From positions 6,269 through 70,268 of the forward strand of contig JAZQJO010000036.1 of NCBI GenBank assembly GCA_045541695.1: a stretch of 64,000 bases of DNA, given 5' to 3'. How positions within the stretch are numbered: position 1 is the stretch's first letter; each line of letters begins with the position of its first letter. Shown here in pieces: positions 57,519 to 64,000 of this stretch. The notes below the pieces were generated by a model. The model was not told the origin of the DNA, made no database searches, and saw nothing but the letters and a program-made list of their open reading frames with translations. The translations under genes were made by a program, and so were the position numbers. The stretch is from Faecousia sp. (lineage in GTDB: Bacteria > Bacillota > Clostridia > Oscillospirales > Oscillospiraceae).

Positions 57519-58442
57519 ATGATCAAACGTTGGTTGATTTACCTGGCAACCCTGCTGGGTAGTATCCTGTTTTACTGGGCGCACCATGGCTGGCTGGCGT
57601 GGCTACTGCTTCTTTTTGTGCTGACGCTGCCGCTTTTCAGCCTTTTGGTGAGCCTGCCTGCCATGCTGACCGTCCGTGTGGGCGTTCGCTGCGCCGGCAT
57701 TTTGCAGATGGGCGAAGCGGAAACACCCGCTTTGACCGTCCGCTGCAAGCTGCCTTCGCCGCCTGTTCGGGGCCGGATCCGGGTAAAGCGCACCCTTTCC
57801 GGTGAAAGCCGGCTGCTGAAGCCCGGCGGACAGCTTCCCACCGGTCATTGCGGGCAGCTGCTGTGCAGCCCGGAACGGGTGAGCGTCTATGATTATCTGG
57901 GTCTTTTCCGCCTTACCGTTCACCGCCGGCAGCGTGCCGCTGCGGTAGTAAGGCCACAGAGCCTTGCCATGACGCCGCCTGCCCAACTGGACCGCTGGGC
58001 CGCCCGCAGCTGGAAGCCCAAGCCCGGCGGCGGTTTTTCGGAAAACCACGAGCTGCGGCTGTACCGCCCCGGCGACAGCTTGAATCAGATCCATTGGAAG
58101 CTGACCGCCAAAACCGGCAAGCTGATGATCCGGGAGGCTATGGAACCGCTGCAGGGTCTTGTGCTGCTTTGCATCACAGTGCAAGGCAGTGACGAGGAGC
58201 TGGACCGGAAATTCGGCCGGCTGCATTGGATAGGCAATTACCTTTTGCAGCAGGAGCTGCGCTATGAGCTGCGGGCCTTGACCGGCCAGGGTCAGCTTGC
58301 CATTCCGGTTTCCTGCGAACACGACTTGATTTGCGCCATTGACCGTCTGCTTTCCATGCCTGCCGCATCGGAAAGCGCCGAAATGAATACAGAGCCTGCC
58401 GCATGGCAGCTGCACATCGGAGGTGACGCCGATGAAGCATGA
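57519..58442 (+). CDS. DUF58 domain protein
   Basis: LRLYRPGDSLNQIHWKLTAK motif; follows MoxR. Confidence 0.9.
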   Translation: MIKRWLIYLATLLGSILFYWAHHGWLAWLLLLFVLTLPLFSLLVSLPAMLTVRVGVRCAGILQMGEAETPALTVRCKLPSPPVRGRIRVKRTLSGESRLLKPGGQLPTGHCGQLLCSPERVSVYDYLGLFRLTVHRRQRAAAVVRPQSLAMTPPAQLDRWAARSWKPKPGGGFSENHELRLYRPGDSLNQIHWKLTAKTGKLMIREAMEPLQGLVLLCITVQGSDEELDRKFGRLHWIGNYLLQQELRYELRALTGQGQLAIPVSCEHDLICAIDRLLSMPAASESAEMNTEPAAWQLHIGGDADEA

Positions 58443-60633
58443 AAAATATCTGTCCGCTCTTGTAAACTGTCTGCTTTCCGTGGCCATTGCCATGGGCGGC
58501 GTGGGCTGTATGGTAACCGGTCTTCACCTGGAGGTGGAGAACATGGGCGGCGTTTTCCTCGCCTGTGCCATTACGGCCGCCCTGTGCTGCGTCAGCACTT
58601 TCTGGCGCTGGGGTCCGCTGGCTTTGCTGGCTGTCGCTGCCCTTGTGGGCGGTTATCTCTGGCGGGAAGGCACGTTGCTGCTGCAGCTGGAATCCACCGT
58701 CTATCACATCAGCCTTATGTATGATGCCGCCTACGGCTGGGGCGTAGCCGATTGGACCGGCACGCTGATGACCGGCGTGCCCACGGACATGGGCCTCGGC
58801 TTCATCGCCTGCCTTTGCGCAGCGGTGATCTGTCTGAATCTGTGCGTTCGTGGCGGCGCCATCGTGAGCGCACTGGTGGGTTTTCTGCCCCTGGCCACCT
58901 GCATGGTGGTCACCGACTCCGTTCCCGATGCCAAATACCTGTTTTTGCTGCTGACGGCGCAGCTGCTGATGATCATTACCAACACCGTCCGCCGCAGAAG
59001 CCGTGCCGACGGCATGCGGCTGACCGCATTGCTGCTGATTCCGGCGGTGCTTGCCACTACGCTGGTTTTCCATGCTGCGCCCCAGGATGGTTATCAGGCA
59101 TCCCTGACCGACGTGCGGGAGCAGCTGTTTGACTGGCTGCGCAGCCTTCCCTTCGTGGCCGAAGCACCCAATGGACAACTCGTCCTTGGCTTTGACGAGA
59201 TCATTGAGGACAAGGTGGATCTTTCCGGTGTCGGTCCGAAAAACCAGTATCATTACGATGTGATGGACGTTATTTCCGATGCTGGTGGCACTCTGTACCT
59301 GCGGGGACAATCCTTTGACGTCTATGACGGCACAAGCTGGGAAGCGTCGGATAACGACGGCTACGATGCCCTCGGCTGGCCGGATGCAGACCAGCTGGTA
59401 AGCGCCGGCACCGTGACCGTCACCACCCGCTCCGCCAAAGCGCTGCGCTACATGCCCTACTACCCTGCCGGCACCGATTGGCAGGCAGAATTTTCTCAGG
59501 GCAAGCTGAAAAATCCCGGCCGGGAAAAGACTTACACCTTCGATCGGATGGTCCTTGCCGTACATGAGGCCACGCCCCTGCCCACGCCTCGGGTCCTGGC
59601 GGTGGACAAGCTCCATTATCTCAAGCTGCCGGCCGACACAGCAAATGCGGCCCGGAAACTTTTGCCGGACAGTCTTTTTGAGGACTTTTACTATCCGCTG
59701 GTCTCCCAGCAGGCAGAGGCTATCGCCAATTTGGTCTCCGGTTCTGCCAGATACAGCCTCAATGCCGACAAAATGCCCCGGGGCGAAGAGGATTTCGCCC
59801 TTTGGTTCCTGGAAAATGCCGACACTGGCTACTGCGTCCATTTTGCTACTGCCGCAACGGTTTTGCTCCGTTCTGCCGGCATTCCCGCCCGGTATGTCAC
59901 CGGCTATGCCGTCAATGTCCGGGCCGGCGAGGAGGTCACCGTCACCGCTGCACAGGCACACGCCTGGGTAGAATACTATGACAGCGACCGCCTCTGTTGG
60001 GTCATTTTGGATCCCACGCCCTCTGGCGGCAACAGCACCAATCCCGGACCTGTCGGCACACCGGATGTGGATCTTCCCCGGCCCACCACGCCAAAGCCCA
60101 CAGTTTCCACCCAGCCCAGCGATGTCACCGAGCCCGTCACCGAGCCTACCGATGCCACTGAGCCGGTCACCGAGCCCACCGATGCCACTGAACCGGTCAC
60201 TGACCCCACGCTTTCCACCGACCCGGCAGTAACCGATCCGCCGGATGGCGATGTGACGCCGGACGGTCCCGACAAGAAAACGGATATTGCTCCGGTTTTG
60301 CTCTGGATCGGCAGCATTTTGGCCGTGGTGGCAGCGATTTGGCTGCAATATCTGCTGCGGCGGCAGCTTCGGAAGAAGCAGCTGCGCTCCGGCAGAGCCA
60401 ACGCAAAGGCGCTGGTCATGTGGCGGGAAGCGCTGCGCTACTGCCGCATTTTGGATCTGGAGCCGCCGGAAGCGCTGCTGACCCTGGCGGAAAAGGCAAA
60501 ATACAGCCAGCACACCCTCTGCGGCGACGAGCTTGCGGAATTTGAGCGCTGGCTGGACCAGGCAAAGACCGCCTTGGGCAAAAAGCCCTTGCCCATCCGC
60601 ATTTTCTGGATGCTGGCTCTGGCCGTTGAATAA
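58432..60633 (+). CDS. Membrane transglutaminase-like protein
   Basis: Multi-TM N-terminus, GYCVHFA, GIPARYVTGY, HAWVE and DPTP motifs, then a Pro/Thr linker and C-terminal TM. Confidence 0.9.
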   Translation: MKHEKYLSALVNCLLSVAIAMGGVGCMVTGLHLEVENMGGVFLACAITAALCCVSTFWRWGPLALLAVAALVGGYLWREGTLLLQLESTVYHISLMYDAAYGWGVADWTGTLMTGVPTDMGLGFIACLCAAVICLNLCVRGGAIVSALVGFLPLATCMVVTDSVPDAKYLFLLLTAQLLMIITNTVRRRSRADGMRLTALLLIPAVLATTLVFHAAPQDGYQASLTDVREQLFDWLRSLPFVAEAPNGQLVLGFDEIIEDKVDLSGVGPKNQYHYDVMDVISDAGGTLYLRGQSFDVYDGTSWEASDNDGYDALGWPDADQLVSAGTVTVTTRSAKALRYMPYYPAGTDWQAEFSQGKLKNPGREKTYTFDRMVLAVHEATPLPTPRVLAVDKLHYLKLPADTANAARKLLPDSLFEDFYYPLVSQQAEAIANLVSGSARYSLNADKMPRGEEDFALWFLENADTGYCVHFATAATVLLRSAGIPARYVTGYAVNVRAGEEVTVTAAQAHAWVEYYDSDRLCWVILDPTPSGGNSTNPGPVGTPDVDLPRPTTPKPTVSTQPSDVTEPVTEPTDATEPVTEPTDATEPVTDPTLSTDPAVTDPPDGDVTPDGPDKKTDIAPVLLWIGSILAVVAAIWLQYLLRRQLRKKQLRSGRANAKALVMWREALRYCRILDLEPPEALLTLAEKAKYSQHTLCGDELAEFERWLDQAKTALGKKPLPIRIFWMLALAVE
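60121..60210 (+). repeat. Intragenic 3 x 30-bp tandem repeat
   Basis: Encodes DVTEPVTEPT-DATEPVTEPT-DATEPVTDPT. Confidence 0.9.
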
Positions 60634-60663
60634 GAAAAGGCCTCCCATTAGGGAGGCCTTTTT

Positions 60664-60702
60664 AATGGAGAATGGAGAATTATTGTGTCGCCTGCGGCGA
60701 CA
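60664..60702 (+). repeat. Heptamer tandem repeat plus hairpin element, copy 3
   Basis: AATGGAG AATGGAG AATT-ATTG, then TGTCGCC-TGC-GGCGACA. Confidence 0.7.
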
Positions 60703-60711
60703 ATTTAAAAC

Positions 60712-60735
60712 GTAAGGGCGATCAATGATTGCCCG
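60712..60735 (+). repeat. Degenerate GTAG-type REP
   Basis: GTAA-GGGCGATCA-A-TGATTGCCC-G. Confidence 0.6.
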
Positions 60736-60752
60736 CTGCACCGAAGGCGCAA

Positions 60753-60886
60753 AAAGCCTTCTCCCCCGTTCTGGGGGGAGAAGGTGGCAAAATCGCAGAT
60801 TTTGACAGATGTGGGGGCTATTTACCCACATCCGTCAGCGGCTTGTCCCTCGCCGCTGCCAGCTTCTCCCAACGGGAGAAGCCTTT
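60753..60886. repeat. Gene-less two-arm palindromic element, copy 5
   Basis: B arm AAAGCCTTCTCCCCC..GGGGGAGAAGG-TGGCAAAATC-GCA-GATTTTGACAG-ATGTGGG and an inverted A arm CCCACATCCGTCAGC...AGCTTCTCCC-AAC-GGGAGAAGCCTTT. Confidence 0.85.
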
Positions 60887-60912
60887 GTTGGTAATGGGTG
60901 GCTGGTCCGCTT

Positions 60913-61857
60913 TTATTCTTCTGCAGCTTCTTCAGCTTCTTCCGCAGATTCCGCTTCGGCGGTTTCTTCGGTGGCTTCTTCTGCCTCTTCCCGGGCGGCT
61001 GCCTGCGCCGCCACCTGGTTGACATACAGCTTCTCCGGGCTGTGCTCCCGGAAGGACATCAGCACCAGCACGATCACCGCCGCCACGCAGCTCACCGCCG
61101 CCAGCAGCTGGCTCACCCGGAAGGGGCCCCAATACAAGCTGTCCGTCCGCAAACCCTCGATGAGGGCTCTGCCCAGACCGTACCACGCCACATAGCCCAA
61201 AGCGATCTGGCCATCGTACTTGCGCCGCTTGGACATAAAATGCAGCAGCACAAAGCCGGCCGCATTCCACAGCGACTCATAAAGGAAGGTAGGATGATAA
61301 TAATGCATCTCGGATGCATAGGTCCTGTCCGCTTCCAGCATAAGACCCATCCGCAGGAAAAAGTCGGTTTCACCGCCGAAGGCTTCCCGGTTGAAGAAAT
61401 TGCCCCAGCGGCCCAGAGCCTGTCCGATCAAAAAGCCCAGCGCCACCATATCCAGCAGGGCGGGCAGCTTGATCTTGCGGACCTTACAATAGACCGCCAC
61501 GCCCACCACAGCGCCGATGACGCCGCCGTAAATGGCCAGGCCGCCGTTCCAGATGTACAGCACGCTGATGGGATTGGACGCAAATTCCGCTTTCCATTGG
61601 AAAATGCAGTAATACGCCCGGGCGCACAAAATGGCAAAGGGAACGATCAGCAGCACACCGTCTGTCAGGTGATCGTCTTTAATGCCGAATTCATGGCAGC
61701 GCTTCCATGCATAAAACACCGCCAGCATCAAGCCCAGCGCAATGATCACGCCGTAAAAATTGATCTGCAGGCTACCGATGGAAAAGCCCACCGCAGGGTC
61801 GATATTCAGCCCCAAAGCGGGGAAACTGATGGGAGAAATTCCTTTGATCCATTGCAT
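60913..61857 (-). CDS. lgt: Prolipoprotein diacylglyceryl transferase
   Basis: GGLAIYGG, GQALGRWGNFFNREAFG and HPTFLYES motifs. Confidence 0.96.
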   Translation of the reverse strand: MQWIKGISPISFPALGLNIDPAVGFSIGSLQINFYGVIIALGLMLAVFYAWKRCHEFGIKDDHLTDGVLLIVPFAILCARAYYCIFQWKAEFASNPISVLYIWNGGLAIYGGVIGAVVGVAVYCKVRKIKLPALLDMVALGFLIGQALGRWGNFFNREAFGGETDFFLRMGLMLEADRTYASEMHYYHPTFLYESLWNAAGFVLLHFMSKRRKYDGQIALGYVAWYGLGRALIEGLRTDSLYWGPFRVSQLLAAVSCVAAVIVLVLMSFREHSPEKLYVNQVAAQAAAREEAEEATEETAEAESAEEAEEAAEE

Positions 61858-61875
61858 AAATGTTACCTCCTGTAT

Positions 61876-63144
61876 CTATACCGGTGTGATCACGGACAGG
61901 CTGCATCTGGGAGCTGTGACCACCCGGCGCAGAAAGTCCAGAACATCATCCTGCTGCACCCCGGCATAAGCATCGGGGAAGCAGAAATAATCAAAATCAG
62001 AAAAATGGCAGGCGCAAAGACGGAAGCAGGTGGCATCAAAGCTGTCCAGATCCCGGATCCGCCGGCCCAGGGCGCTGCGTTTCATTCGCAGGAAATCCTC
62101 CTGGTCAATACCCTCGGCCAGGATCTCTGCCGCCCGGGCAATGATAGCGTCACGCACCTTTTCCGGCTCGTCGCTGTCACCGCCGCAGCTGAGCATGCAG
62201 CAGCCGTCCAGACTTTCAAAACCACCGCCGAAGGAAGCATCAATGAGTCCCTGCTCGTAAAGCTTCAAATACAGGGGCGAGGACTCGCCGAACAGCGCCT
62301 CCGCCGCCAGATCCCCCACCGCCTCGGCACGCATATCGTCCGCGCCGTTTTGCAGAGGCTCACACTTGAAGGCCAGCTGGAAATTGGGCATAGCAACCTC
62401 CATGCGGTCCTCCACAGATTCCTGCGGGCAGGTCATCTCCTCCGGCCACGCCTTTTGCTTTTCGCCGGCTTCCCGGCACTCCTCGCCCAGAACTTCCTCG
62501 GCGATCCGCTCCACATGCTCCGGCTCTACATCGCCCACCACGCACAGCGCCATATTCGCCGGGTTATAAAACGCCCGGTGGCACTTTTCCAGAAGCGCCG
62601 GTGTGATTTGACGGATACTCTCCCGGGTGCCCAGAATCGGCACACGAATGGGGTGGGTGCGGTAGACGGCCTTCATAAGATTTTCAAACACCCGGGTATC
62701 CGGGCTATCCTCGTTCATGCCGATCTCCTGGTCGATAATGCCCATCTCCCGCTCCACGCTTTCGGCAGGAAAATACGGAGTGGACACAAATTCCAGCAAA
62801 AGACGCAGGCTTTCGTAGAAATTTTCCGTGCAGGAAAAATAATAGGCGGTCATGTCGTAGCTGGTAAAGGCATTCACCGATGCGCCCAGGGCGGCAAACT
62901 CCGCCGTCACGTCACGCTCCGGCAGCTCAAACAGCTTGTGCTCCAGAAAGTGGGCAATGCCGGCAGGCACGCTGTGATGCTGGCCTTCAAAGTCAAATTC
63001 CGTGTGAATGGCGCCGAAATCCGTGACAAAATAGGCCTTTTTGCGGGTAAAGCCCTTTTTCGGCACAACCATCACCGTCAGGCCGCAATCAAGACGCCGG
63101 GAATATGCCTGCTCGTCCAGCTGCTTGTATTGGGTCAGTTTCAT
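61876..63144 (-). CDS. M16 family zinc peptidase (YmfH-like)
   Basis: GIAHFLEHKLF (HxxEH) and NAFTS motifs. Confidence 0.92.
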   Translation of the reverse strand: MKLTQYKQLDEQAYSRRLDCGLTVMVVPKKGFTRKKAYFVTDFGAIHTEFDFEGQHHSVPAGIAHFLEHKLFELPERDVTAEFAALGASVNAFTSYDMTAYYFSCTENFYESLRLLLEFVSTPYFPAESVEREMGIIDQEIGMNEDSPDTRVFENLMKAVYRTHPIRVPILGTRESIRQITPALLEKCHRAFYNPANMALCVVGDVEPEHVERIAEEVLGEECREAGEKQKAWPEEMTCPQESVEDRMEVAMPNFQLAFKCEPLQNGADDMRAEAVGDLAAEALFGESSPLYLKLYEQGLIDASFGGGFESLDGCCMLSCGGDSDEPEKVRDAIIARAAEILAEGIDQEDFLRMKRSALGRRIRDLDSFDATCFRLCACHFSDFDYFCFPDAYAGVQQDDVLDFLRRVVTAPRCSLSVITPV

Positions 63145-64000
63145 GTTTTTGCTCCCTTGAGTAGATAGGTGGTGTGCAGCGTCAGCGTCCCGGCAGCTTC
63201 TTTGACCTGCTGGGCGGTGACCGCTTCCACCTTTTCCATATAGGCTTGGGGCGTCAATCCCGTGCCGCCGATGGCGGCGGTGCAGTAGTAGCTTTCAATG
63301 GCGCCGGGTGCGTCATGCACGCCCCGCAGACCGGAAAGGATGCCCTCTTTTGCGGCACGCAGCTCCTCCGCCGTGAAATCGCCCCGGCGGCAAGCATCCA
63401 GCTGGGCAAGGATCTCCGCTTTTGTCAGCTCCGCCTTGTCTTCGTCAATGCCGGCAGAGACAGTGATAATACCCTTGGTGCCGTAGTAGCCGGAGCCGAT
63501 GGAATAGCAAAGGGACATTTTCTCCCGGATGTTCATAAACAGCTTGCAGGTCTGGCCTGCACCAAACAGGGCATTGGCCACCTGCATGGCGGCAAATTCT
63601 TCGCTGCGGTTTGTAATAGGGGTCACAAAGCCCATGCAAAGCTTGGCCTGAGAGACCTCCAGAATTTCTTCTTTTTCCTGTTTTTCGGCGGCTCGCAGCG
63701 GCGTTTGCGCCGGCGCTTGTATGCGCTGACCGCCGGCAAACAGCTTTTTCAACAGCTTGGCCACCTCTTCCGGCTGGGCAGAGCCAACGTAAAACAGCTC
63801 CACCGGACTTTCCGCCAGAATTCTTTGATAGTGGGCATGCAAACTTTCGGCAGTGATGCCCGCCACCTGCTCTTTTTCGCCCAAACGGGGCAAGCCAAAG
63901 GAATCCTCCCGGCACATCAGCTTCAGCAGTTGAGCGGAAGCATAGCGCTGCTTGTCGTTGAGCTCCGATTCGATGGTGGCGATGAGATTTTTCTTTTCAC
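63141..64000 (-). CDS. M16 family peptidase-like subunit (YmfF-like), 5' end outside the window
   Basis: KLFMNIREKMSLCYSI motif; the frame is open to the window edge; paired with the YmfH-like gene. Confidence 0.85.
   Translation of the reverse strand, partial: EKKNLIATIESELNDKQRYASAQLLKLMCREDSFGLPRLGEKEQVAGITAESLHAHYQRILAESPVELFYVGSAQPEEVAKLLKKLFAGGQRIQAPAQTPLRAAEKQEKEEILEVSQAKLCMGFVTPITNRSEEFAAMQVANALFGAGQTCKLFMNIREKMSLCYSIGSGYYGTKGIITVSAGIDEDKAELTKAEILAQLDACRRGDFTAEELRAAKEGILSGLRGVHDAPGAIESYYCTAAIGGTGLTPQAYMEKVEAVTAQQVKEAAGTLTLHTTYLLKGAKT

Noticed and set aside
60913-60990. Glu/Ala-rich repeat-like tail of Lgt
   Set aside because: This is an ordinary low-complexity acidic C-terminus without a regular DNA repeat unit.

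Overview
A GC-rich, spore-forming clostridial chromosome segment. Gene content suggests an Oscillospiraceae/Ruminococcaceae-like organism (inference). It is mostly housekeeping: rimP-nusA-(ylxR), pta, ricT/yaaT-holB, CBS-pyrophosphatase, secA, an OmpR-type two-component system, U32-maf-mreC-mreD-PBP2, prfA, tsaE-tsaB-upp, lpdA/apbE/NusG-II divergent from a complete rnfCDGEAB operon, thrCB and hom-ask-asd, spoVT, spoIIE, degV, a CDF transporter, mtaB, a MoxR-DUF58-transglutaminase triad, lgt and an M16 peptidase pair. I saw no rRNA, tRNA, CRISPR array, integrase or classical IS transposase. The most interesting signal is intergenic. A small DUF559 (Vsr-like) endonuclease gene between prfA and tsaE is bracketed by two double-hairpin inverted arms. 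Five gene-less copies of the same two-arm element, plus one collapsed copy, are scattered through the window. They keep the same structure, show compensatory base changes and always pair one A-type arm with one B-type arm. This looks like a REP/RAYT-style autonomous plus non-autonomous system built on a DUF559 nuclease rather than an HUH transposase (inference). Three other small repeat families co-occur, twice stacked in the same order. A duplicated spoVT promoter/RBS flanks an AT-rich LRR-lipoprotein/XRE islet, and two intergenic regions look like structured RNAs.
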